Source: Macrostomum lignano (lineage: Eukaryota). Taken from it: 64,000 bases of DNA. The stretch is taken from assembly GCA_002269645.1 (NCBI GenBank), contig NIVC01002163.1:124001-188000 (forward strand). The letters are read 5' to 3'. Of the stretch, positions 1 to 12,420 are shown piece by piece. Position 1 is the first letter of the stretch; the number at the start of each line of letters is the position of its first letter. The position numbers were made by a program, and so were the translations under genes. The notes beneath the pieces were generated by a model, which was given only the letters and a program-made list of their open reading frames with translations, was not told where the DNA came from and did not search any database.

Positions 1-400
1 GACACACCTGCAGGCTGTCCCCGATCTCCCCAACACCTGCAGGCTGTCCCCGATCTCCCCAGACGCACCTGCAGGCTGTCCCCGATCTCTCCAGACGCAC
101 CTGCAGGCTGCCCCCGATCTCCCCAGACGCACCTGCAGGCTGTCCCCGATCTCTCCAGACGCACCTGCAGGCTGCCCCCGATCTCCCCAGACACACCTGC
201 AGGCTGTCCCCGATCTCCCCAGACACACCTGCAGGCTGCCCCCGATCTCCCCAGACACACCTGCAGGCTGTCCCCGATCTCCCCAGACACACCTGCAGGC
301 TGTCCCCGATCTCCCCAGACACACCTGCAGGCTGCCCCCGATCTCCCCAGACACACCTGCAGGCTGTCCCCGATCTCCCCAGACACACCTGCAGGCTGTC
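1..400 (-). repeat. 32-bp tandem array (about 12 copies) whose unit is the last 12 nt of the kinase exon plus the first 20 nt of the intron
   Basis: Minus-strand unit GACAGCCTGCAG|GTGTGTCTGGGGAGATCGGG. Confidence 0.92.
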
Positions 401-2314
401 CAGGTCGCCCAGCTTGCAGTGCCAGTCAGCAGTGAGCAGCACGTTGGTGCTCTTCACATCCTGGTGCGCCAGGCTGAAGCTGCGCCAGTCGCCAGCCGCT
501 GCGGCTTCGACCTCCTGCCAGCTGTGCAGGAAGTCCAGGGCGCTGGCCAGCTCGTGCGCCATCCGGATTCGAACTCCGGCCAGCTGGAACTCGCAGGCGG
601 GCGGTGCCCGGCCGGCGGCGAAGTCGTCAATCAGCTGCCGCAGGTTGCCGGCCTCGCACAGCTCGTAGACCAGCAGGAGGTCGCCGCCCGCCGCCTCGCC
701 GCGGTGAGCGAAGCCGAGCAGCCACAGCAGCCGGGGATGGCGGAGGCCCGCCTGGCGCCGCAGCGCCTCCAGCGGGATGCCCGCAGAGTCGGGCAGCAGC
801 TTCTTGACGGCGACCGGCCGCCCTGCCAGGTTCACCCGGTACACGCGGCCGAAGCTGCCGGCTCCGAGCTCCTCGCCGACCGCGGCATCCAGCTCGGCGA
901 AGCTGAACTCCTGCAGCCCGGCCTCACCGTCCTCGGCCTCGGCCGCGGCCAGCAGCGTCTGCAGGCGGCCCCGCAGCACCGCGGCGGTGCACCTCTCGGC
1001 GAAGTTGTGCAGCAGGCAGGGCGCCACGGCTTCTCTGCAGACGCGGGCGTGCAGACCTGCGGACAGCCGCAGCCCCGGCTGAGGCGGCGGAGCCCGACCG
1101 TCGGCCAGGGCCCAGCAGAGCCAGGACTCCTCCGGAGTGTCGCTGCTGGCGGGCTGGCCGCGCAGGCCGGTGAGCAGCTCCAAGATGGTGACCCCGGTGC
1201 TGAAGACGTCCCACTTGCAGGTGACTCGGTCTTCGGGCGGCCGGTAGCCCAGCGTGTGCACTCTGGCCACCTGCTGGGCCCGCTGCTCACCCCAGACGGT
1301 CTGGCCGAGCCCTGCGGTGGTCAGGTCGAGGAAGTCCAGGTCGGCGAGGCGGCAGCGCCAGTCGCCGTCAACCAGGATGTTGCTGGGTTTCACATCCTTG
1401 TGCACGAAGCTGAAGCTGAGGAGGCCGGCCCGCTCGTCTCGCGCCATCGACTTCTCCTCGGTGGCGTGCAGGAACTCCACGGCCGAGGCGATGTCGGTTG
1501 CCATGCGGAGCCGCGTGCCGCCCAGGTGAAACCCGCTGGCCACCGCCTCCGCCGACGACCACCAGCTGTGGGGCTCGGCGAACCGGTCGAGCAGCTGGCG
1601 GAGGTCGCCGTTGCTGTGGAAGTCGAACACGGAGTACATGCGGTCGTCGGCGGGCGAGTAGCCGAAGCCGACCAGCCGAGCGATGCTCGGGTGCCGCAGG
1701 CCGCTGAGGGCGCCGATCGACCTGCGGATGGCCTGGCGCGCCTCCTCGCTGATGCCCGGTCGGTAGACCTTCACCGCGTGCTGCCGGCCTTCGACCAGCG
1801 CTGCCGTCCGGAAGACCTCGGCGAAGCCGCCCGAGCCGATCAGGGAGCCGCAGGCCACGGCGCGCCGGAGCTGCTCCGCCGGGAACTCCAGCGGCGAGTC
1901 GTCTGGTGGAAGCGGAGGCGGAGGCGCGGGCGGGGGCGGGGGCGGAAGAGACGGAGGGGGCGGCTCCGCAGTCGTGGGCGGAGGCTGCCAGGCCTGGTTC
2001 AGCAGGTTGGACCGCACGAAGGCCTCGGCTTCGCGAAGTCCCCGACGGCTCAGGACCTCCAGCAGCTCTTCAAGGCTGCAGCTGCGCTCCCACAGCAGCA
2101 GGGCGGCCGCGGCTTCTCCGCCAGGACTCTGGCAGACCAGCAGGGCCTGGTCGGCTGACAGAGGCCGGCCCTCAGAATCCAGGTAGTCTTCAACCAGAGC
2201 TCGCCAAGATTCGCCTTGCTGCAGCTTGCGGCCCAGGATGGCCCAGGTGGATGGGTAGCGAGCTCGCACCTGGTGCAGTCTGGTGCGCAGGTTCAGCGGC
2301 TGGCGGAGCGGCAT
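389..2314 (-). CDS. First coding exon (642 codons) of a death domain + Pro-rich linker + two tandem IRAK/Pelle-like kinase domains; gene continues beyond the left edge
   Basis: Manual minus-strand translation from ATG at 2314. MPLRQPLNLRTRLHQVRARYPSTWAILGRKLQQGESWRALVEDYL...SPGGEAAAALLLWERSCSLEELLEVLSRRGL is death-domain-like. Kinase 1: IGSGGFAEVF / HAVK / HKDVKPSN / LADLD / GYRPPE / KWDVFSTG. Kinase 2: QEFSFAEL / LGAGSFGRVY / VAVK / HQDVKSTN / LGDLD. Ends at a CAG|GTGTGT donor (388). Missing from the ORF track, apparently because the frame has no stop before the window edge. Confidence 0.9.
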
Positions 2315-3169
2315 GACGGCCTCTGCGATGCTTGCAGTTAGCTGAGAATTCACTGCTGAGATGAAGGCTGATATGAACTGCCTGCGCCTTCCGTCTTAGT
2401 GCTGCGCCCTGTGCGTATTGTACAGCTGGGGTAGAGTGTGCAGTGGGGTGCAGCTGGCGGTGTGCATTGACTGCCCGCCCTGCACTGCGCACAGGCTGTG
2501 CATCTGCTAAGTTTATTAGCAATCAGGGGTGGCTGGGTTGCTTCCTGTGAGTGTTTTGCCAAAGGTTGGTAAAAATTTAGAAGCAAACGACAAACCAATG
2601 TTTTTTTTGGCTGTTGATTCTTGCTTGTTTTAAACGCCAGCTACAAAGAGTAGACGTTGCATTTTTGGAACAGCAACTTCTCAAGTATTGAGCCTAATGA
2701 AATACGATGCTTTCACCCACAAGAAATCGATAATTTCACACTATAAATCGATAATTTCACACTCTGTAAATCGATAATTTCTGCTCTCTTCGATAGTTGC
2801 GGCATTTGGTTCGAGAGTGACGACATCATAGGGTGGAGGCTGCTGCTGCTGCTGCTGCGGCTCGCTCATGTTCTCAAGCTAGTAGTTGCCAACTATCACG
2901 CTCTACTTTAGATCGGGGATATTGCAGTCCACAATTTAGTCTAGAATATATGCGCTAGTAGATTCTGGCTGACGTCAACTAAATCCTGATAAAGAGGTCT
3001 GACAAACATCCTTATCAATATGCTTATCTGTCCAGTAGAACTACTCATGCTGTCCGCGGTGCCCCTCGCGAATAGCAATGCTCAGTTAATGTAGAATTTT
3101 CTTCAAGCAGGATGTGCAAAAGGGACAAAAGGTTTAATTGCACACTTGCTTCTATCTACTTATCGTTTC

Positions 3170-3840
3170 TCTTCCTCACTCCACCTCTCCTCTCACTCAC
3201 TCCACCTCTCCTCTCTCCCTCACTCCACCTCTCCTCTCACTCACTCCACCTCTCCTCTCTCCCTCACTCCACCTCTCCTCTCACTCACTCCACCTCTCCT
3301 CTCTCCCTCACTCCACCTCTTCTCTCACTCACTCCACCTCTCCTCTCTCCCTCGCTCCACGTCTCCTCTCACTCACTCCACCTCTCCTCTCTCCCTCGCT
3401 CCACGTCTCCTCTCACTCACTCCACCTCTCCTCTCACTCACTCCACCTCTCCTGTCTCCCTCGCTCCACCTCTCCTCTCACTCACTCCACCTCTCCTCTC
3501 TCCCTCGCTCCACGTCTCCTCTCACTCACTCCACCTCTCCTCTCACTCACTCCACCTCTCCTGTCTCCCTCGCTCCACCTCTCCTCTCACTCACTCCACC
3601 TCTCCTCTCACTCACTCCACCTCTCCTGTCTCCCTCGCTCCACCTCTCCTCTCACTCACTCCACCTCTCCTCTCTCCCTCGCTCCACCTCTCCTGTCTCC
3701 CTCGCTCCACCTCTCCTCTCACTCACTCCACCTCTCCTCTCTCCCTCGCTCCACGTCTCCTCTCACTCACTCCACCTCTCCTCTCACTCACTCCACCTCT
3801 CCTCTCTCCCTCGCCCCACCTCTCCTCTCTCCATCTCACT
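3170..3840. repeat. CT-rich minisatellite, 21/23-bp units (ctcactcactccacctctcct)
   Basis: Direct reading; generates the spurious ORFs at 3112-3960. Confidence 0.9.
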
Positions 3841-4189
3841 CGGTTTACGATTTCAAAGCACACTGTTCATTTACACTACATTTGCTTTGGCAAAGAAGCA
3901 GAAATACAGTTCGTCAAAGCGGTTAAGATAAATACATTGATAATGTTGACTGCACCTTAGGAATTTCTGTTTTTGTCACAGAAATTGCTTCTAAAAGCTT
4001 GAACAGCAGTGTTAGATAAGCAGCACAGCAGCACAGAGTGTACGATCTTTGCATGAAATTTACTTTTCTGTCATTTCAAAAAACACCCCGACTTCTGGCA
4101 TAAATTTATTAATATCAATACCTCAGCTTAGCGACTAACACTGTGCAACAGGATATTTCTGCTGGAGAGAATGGGTGAGCTGCTTTTGC

Positions 4190-5350
4190 TGATCTCATTA
4201 TACTCGCTGTCTTCTCATCTACTCTCGCTCTCATTCTCAGCTACTTTCGATCTCATTCTCATCTACTCTTAATATCATTCTCATCTACTCTCGCTCTCAT
4301 TCTCATCTAATCTTGATATCATTCTCATCTACTCTCGCTCTCATTCTCATCTACTCTCGCTCTCATTCTCATCTACTCTCGCTCTCATTCTCATCTACTC
4401 TCGCTCTCATTCTCAGCTACTCTCGATCTCATTCTCATCTACTCTTGATATCATTCTCATCTACTCTCGCTCTCATTCTCATCTACTCTTGATATCATTC
4501 TCATCTACTCTCGCTCTCATTCTCATCTACTCTCGCTCTCATTCTCATCTACTCTCGCTCTCATTCTCAGCTACTCTCGATCTCATTCTTATCATCTACT
4601 CTTGATATCATTCTCATCTACTCTCGCTCTCGTTTTCATCTACTCTCGCTCTCATTCTCATCTACTCTCGCTCTCGTTTTCATCTACTCTCGCTCTCATT
4701 CTCATCTACTCTCGCTCTCATTTTCATCTACTCTCGCTTTCGTTCTCATCTACTCTTGCTCTCATTCTCATCTACTCTCGCTCTTGTTCTCATCTACTCT
4801 CGCTCTCGTTTTCATCTACTCTCGCTCTCATTCTCATCTACTCTCGCTCTCATTCTCATCTACTCTCGCTCTCATTCTCATCTACTCTCGCTTTCGTTCT
4901 CATCTACTCTTGCTCTCATTCTCATCTACTCTCGCTCTCATTCTCATCTACTCTCGCTCTCATTCTCATCTACTCTTGCTCTCATTCTCATCTACTCTCG
5001 CTCTCATTCTCAGCTACTCTCGATCTCATTCTTATCATCTACTCTTGATATCATTCTCATCTACTCTCGCTCTCATTCTCATGTACTCTTGCTCTCATTC
5101 TCATCTACTCTCGCTCTCATTCTCATCTACTCTCGCTCTCATTCTCATCTACTCTCGCTCTCATTCTCATCTACTCTCGCTCTCATTTTCATCTACTCTC
5201 GCTCTCATTCTCATCTACTCTCGCTCTCATTCTCATCTACTCTTGCTCTCATTTTCATCTACTCTCGCTCTCATTCTCATCTACTCTTGCTCTCATTCTC
5301 ATCTACTCTTGCTCTCATTCTCATCTACTCTCGCTCTCATTCCCTTCTAC
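4190..5350. repeat. 22-bp minisatellite (ctactctcgctctcattctcat), probably intronic
   Basis: About 50 copies; starts just after a GTGAGC donor-like site near 4175. Confidence 0.9.
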
Positions 5351-5380
5351 TCATTACCGCTCGGATCCATCTTCACTCAG

Positions 5381-7493
<2,113 letters not shown>

Positions 7494-7847
7494 CAGAAAT
7501 GTACATGCATACCTAACTTTCCTCTCCTAGCCATAGATAGGCGCATGCACTATAAGCACTGGCTGCCCAAAGTTATAAATCGTCCATACCGGTAAATTGA
7601 TGCGTAAATAAAGAAAAAAATTTCTGCTTTCAATGATTTTGCAGGCCACACACCCCACGGAATCGTCGTTGTTTGCCTATGGCCCGTGCATCAATGCCGT
7701 GCAGTAATAGCATTATTTCATGGAAAGCTTTTTACGTACAAATTACAAAGGAATAATCTCTGAAATGATGTTGAATGCCCGATTTTCTAAAAAATAGCGA
7801 TACAGGTCTGCACGAAGCTGGCGAGTAGAAACCTCCGTTGGCCTTCT

Positions 7848-8180
7848 TCAAGTCCCATAGAAAAGGCGTAGCACATACGCCAGCGCAGAGCGTTCACACT
7901 TCGCGATGTCAAACTTGAATGGATCCGTTCGCCGATTCGCGTCAATGAAGTCATTCAGTCGCTTTACTGAGCTCCTCTCTTGATACTCGGAACTGGCAAC
8001 GCAACACTCCTTATCCAACTGTTCCAATGCGAACACTTGATCAACATCCTCGAGAGAAAGTGCTTCAGCAGCTTTCTTCAAGTCGAAATCATCCATGTAC
8101 TTCTCGATCTCGGCGCCAATAAGTCCACTTATCATTCCGCCAGGGAAAGCGTCCCAATGAAGAAGCCGGGTCGTAGTCAT
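7848..8180 (-). CDS. Small orphan protein (110 aa), function unknown
   Basis: ATG-initiated ORF with coding-like codon usage (MTTTRLLHWDAFPGG...DFDLKKAAEALSLEDVDQVF...); pyrimidine-rich acceptor tttttaccag upstream. Confidence 0.5.
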   Translation of the reverse strand: MTTTRLLHWDAFPGGMISGLIGAEIEKYMDDFDLKKAAEALSLEDVDQVFALEQLDKECCVASSEYQERSSVKRLNDFIDANRRTDPFKFDIAKCERSALAYVLRLFYGT

Positions 8181-9356
8181 TTTACAGCTCGTCAGTCAAC
8201 TGAGAAGTCCTTTCTCCTTTCCTATATAGCACTGTTTCGTAGGACAGTCTATGGTAGTCTGGTAAAAATGAAACAGTACGAACCATTTAGTTCATACCAT
8301 AGACTCTGACTCATTGCATACATACAACTTTTTCTGAATATTAAATTTTAGCTGGCTTATGTGGGGGCTCGGTGGGAAAAATCTCGGCGGGAAAATCTCG
8401 ACGGGCAATTCGTCTGCGGGCATTTCTGCGGGCAATTGTAGGGCATCTCTGACAACAATCAAAGCATGAAATGAAGATTTCAGGAAATTGGGCTACTTTT
8501 CCACAGACGAACTTCACTCACTTTCTTACTTAAATTTACCAAAGACACCTTCTTTTCTTGCCATGGACAAAGCAAACACTTTTTCTGATCAGGCTGTATT
8601 TTCACTGACGAATTTCACTTACTTAGACGAATTCGAAGTCACTTTCTCTAAAAATTTACCATAGACACTCATTCTCTTCCCCTTGAGCGCTATATAGTTT
8701 TGCATACGCTGACGAATTTAAACTCACTTTTGACGAATCCGAAGTTGAAAAGGTATATTTGATAGTACGAGCCATCTTGGTAAGAAGACACTTTGAAGCA
8801 AAAATAAACTTAAAATGCGTTTAGCTTGACTAGAAGTAGTCAAACAAGCGTGTAAGCGCCAAGTAAAATACCCAAAAAGGCCGTACTGTACTGTCAAAAG
8901 ATCCTTTTCTTTGACGATGAACTATCGTTAATTGATATTAATTAGATCAGGGACATCATCGGGTTTCTGTCTGCATACTGTCGGCTGTCTGTGCATTCTG
9001 TCTGCAGTCTGCCCAGCCTTCTTGATTTCTGTCAATAGACCTTCATCTGTCTGTGCGGCAGATTGTGTTAGGGAATTTTAAAGAAAGTGTGGAAATGTCA
9101 GAAGACCAAATTGGGTTCGAGATGAAATTAGCTGTCAGTTGATTGCGCGAGAAGTGAAAAGAAGACAAAATTCGTTATTGAGACTAAAAAGTTGTCCACC
9201 AGTGGCACTCTACAATCAAAGTCGAAAATCCATTAAATGATCTTTGGATAAGCAGAAGGCGAATAGAAAATTTGGTTATTTGCTTTGGTCCCTAAAGATT
9301 TTCAAGATTATCTTTCAAGAATCTTGCACGAATTTTTCAAGTTTATCAAGATTAAA

Positions 9357-10175
9357 ATGCAGCAGATCGAGCAAAACTTGGCGGCAGTGGACATAGACAA
9401 TTCGAAAGTGCACAAAAAGCGCTTGACTAAAATTATAAAAGTTCGTCCTTTCGCGCAGCCGGTTTTTGCAAACGAGCAGAAACTCGAATTCAAATGCATC
9501 GAAAAACAACTGCGAGAGGCCTGGCCCAGCTGGCGCCCAGCTTGTTCTTCTCCACCAGCGCCGACTCGCGCCTCATCTACCGCCTGATCGAGTACAACCT
9601 GCAGGTTGTCGGCGACGTAGAGGCAATGGTGGTCTCGGTGCTGCAGCCGGACCCGGAACGGGAGGATTTCCGGCTTCGAATCATCGTTACGGAGGACGAC
9701 TATCCGGTGTTGGACTCGTTCTCGCACCTGGAGCGCAGCGGAGCCAGCTTCAATCTGGAGGTGCTGGTGCTGCGACGCCTGGACTTCGCCAACACGATGG
9801 TGACTCGCCTGGCTGGGCCGGTCGTGCTGTCCAACAACCGCAACGACAGAGGCGCCGAAGCGTTTAACCAGGACCTTACTGTGCAGGTATGGGACGGGGC
9901 AGAGTACAGCTAGCTCAGCTGCTATCGAGTGCGTCAGACTCAAGCTAGAAATACCCCGGGGTTGCATTCGATTCGAACACGCAGAGTGGGGTGTACATAT
10001 GCCTGACAATGCAAAAGTCATAAGCCGCTGTACATCCTGTGTGAGCGAGTGTGTTAAGCGCCCAAAGCCAGACTAATTAACTACAAACTCCGTGCAGGTG
10101 TCCAAACTGATGGAGCAGCGGCACAATCGGGGCCTAGCGGAGACGCTGAGGGCGCTGAAGGTCAACTCTGAGTGA
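9357..10175 (+). pseudogene. Two-exon orphan gene (9357-9886, 10098-10175) of about 200 aa with an apparent frameshift at about 9525-9540
   Basis: ORF 9285-9587 (MQQIEQNLAAV...REAWPS) and ORF 9494-9913 (PSLFFSTSADSRLIYRL...QDLTVQ) join with a 1-nt shift. A GTATGG donor and GTGCAG acceptor in phase 0 add VSKLMEQRHNRGLAETLRALKVNSE*. Could be a sequencing error. Confidence 0.6.
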
Positions 10176-11609
10176 CGTTGGAGAGCGCTTTTCCTGCCTC
10201 TCATTGCAGACCCTTCTTGCACCTGCTCATGCAGCACTCCGTTTGTCCGACAATCCGTTTGCATATTTCATCGCGTATGCCTATTTTTCGGACTTCTCGA
10301 ACTGTAGGCACTGTGAAATTTATCGGCACAGTTACATTTTTAAACCAATTTTCATGTAGCTTGAGCCCATACTAGCTAAAAACCATTAATCAGGGGAATA
10401 TGGAGGGAAGATTCCTAAGCAAGGGATTAATTTGCTCACTAACCTAACTGTCAATAGAGGCCCAGAGACCAAAAAATTTAATAAAATTTGCTCAATACAC
10501 CGGAGGCTCGGTAGTGACCTGCAGTTCAAGAAGTCCGTTTTTTCGTTTTTCAAATTTTGAAGTCCAACTCCGCCCCAGTTTTTTTTAGTTGCGACGTCAA
10601 ATTTGAAATAAATGGAGTTGTATTTACAAGTAGAAATTGTTTTTAGCTGAATTTTCACGTGAAGTTCAGAATACTATTTTTGGACCTTCGAGAACAGGTA
10701 CCCGAAGCTGGGGCAAAAAAGATTTGCATCTTTCATCAATGAAAAGCAAATCTGTAAAAGATTTCGAGCTCAGCTGCAGGAAAATAAGATAATGGACCAA
10801 AATCGTCTGCATCGAAATTTTTCTATTAATTTGGTCCCAGCTGCCGCTGCGATTTTCGCAATTATCCGCAGAGAATCTGCACCAACTAAACATTTATCAA
10901 AGCCGATAATTGGGGAAAATTTTCCCAACTAGAGGTGTTTTGAGCTGCCGCTACTCAAGATAATTGGCTGGTCATGAAGCCATCTGTGCTCAAAGAGAGC
11001 AGCAGCAGGTGCTCAGGTGGCTCTCGCCAAATTGCATTTTTGCTTCCTGCAGGTGCGTCATCGCGGCAGAGGAATTGAAGCTTCACCTTTGCTCCGAATG
11101 CACGAGGCGGATCTGAGGTGGTTCAGCTTTGAAGCGTTTTGTACGGAAGTTCCGGGAGGACAGAGAATTTCATTTTTTCCGACGTTGTTCCTGTCTCTTT
11201 AGTGCATCTTTATTCAGCGCTTGCTGCACTTCTGCCTGTCACTCTGTAATTGAACAGTTCCACAGTAAACATTAGCAAGTTGTCTGTCAAGAAAATTTGG
11301 TCTGAAAGCAGTTTTCAGAAAGCAAGTTGTTGAGCTGAAAAGTGCACATTGAATGCTGCTGCAAGACAGTTTAAAACCTGTAGGAATTCTCAACCAAACT
11401 TCGCTGCAATGGTCTTTTTGCGGTTTGGTGCGAAAACTTCAATCCAAAAATATTGCTGCAATTATCGCACAAAGGAAACACTGGCATGCCACGGAGTGGC
11501 GTGACGCAAGTAAGATTTTTTGACGTCAGGGTGTCTTCATGGATTTTATGGTTGGGGGGACAAAGCCAAGAATTCTACATACATGTGCACTTTTTTGAGA
11601 ATCGGTGTT

Positions 11610-12030
11610 GTTAACGCTCATTTTGGCGTCGCAGGCACTCATTGTGGCGCTGTAGACACTCATTTTGGCGCCGCAGGCACTCATTTTGGCGCTGCAGGCA
11701 CTCATTTTGGCGTCGCAGGCACTCATTTTGGCGCCGCAAGCACTCATTTTGGCGCCGCAAGCACTCATTTTGGCGCCGCAAGCACTCGTTCTGGAGCCGC
11801 GGGCACTCATTTTGGCGCCGCAAGCACTCATTTTGGCGCTGCAGGCACTCATTTTGGTGCCGAAGACTCTAATTTGGCGCCGCAGGAACTCATTTTGGCG
11901 CCGCAAGCACTCATTTTGGCGCTGCAGGCACTTATTTTGGCGCCGCAAGCACTCATTTTGGCGCTGCAGGCACTTATTTTGGCGCCGCAAGCACTCATTT
12001 TGGCGCTGCAGGCACTCATTTTGGTGCCGA
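11610..12030. repeat. 21-bp minisatellite (cactcattttggcgccgcagg)
   Basis: About 20 copies. Confidence 0.92.
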
Positions 12031-12169
12031 AGACTCACTTTGGTACCCTGAAGCAAAGTTATTTTTTTCCTCAACGGGTCACAAGATGGGATGGGGGACA
12101 AAGCATTGGCATGTCCCCCAAAGCATTTACGGGGGACATGTCCCCCCTCCGGTGGCGCGTGAAACGGTG

Positions 12170-12420
12170 CTCCTGCACACACTTCAATCGTGACACACCT
12201 TGGCCGGCCAGGCTGCCGGATTTGAATCCAGTTGACTTTTTTCTGTGGGAGTTCATTCGTGACCGCGTCTTTGCGCAAGGAGACTTTTTTGGATTTACTT
12301 TGGCTGACCGCTGCTATTGTTGCGCTAGCATTTGACTAGATCTGGCGGCACCGCGGGTGGATGCTGTCCGCAATGCAGCTGCCGAATCCCTACATCCTGC
12401 TTTGGGACAAAAGTTTCGAG
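12170..12420 (+). mobile_element. Degenerate Tc1/mariner transposase C-terminus
   Basis: WPARLPDLNPVDFFLWEFIRDRVF matches the WPxxSPDLNPxDFFLWG motif; frameshifted downstream. TA-CAG(G/A)GTG-type TIRs at 11227-11246 and 12462-12481. Confidence 0.75.

Noticed and set aside
419-2158. 579-aa plus-strand ORF
   Set aside because: Antisense shadow of the GC-rich kinase exon; all kinase motifs are on the minus strand
10666-10893. LLFIDE as the first Asp of a DDE transposase
   Set aside because: No other catalytic motifs in frame, and opposite strand to the clear transposase relic
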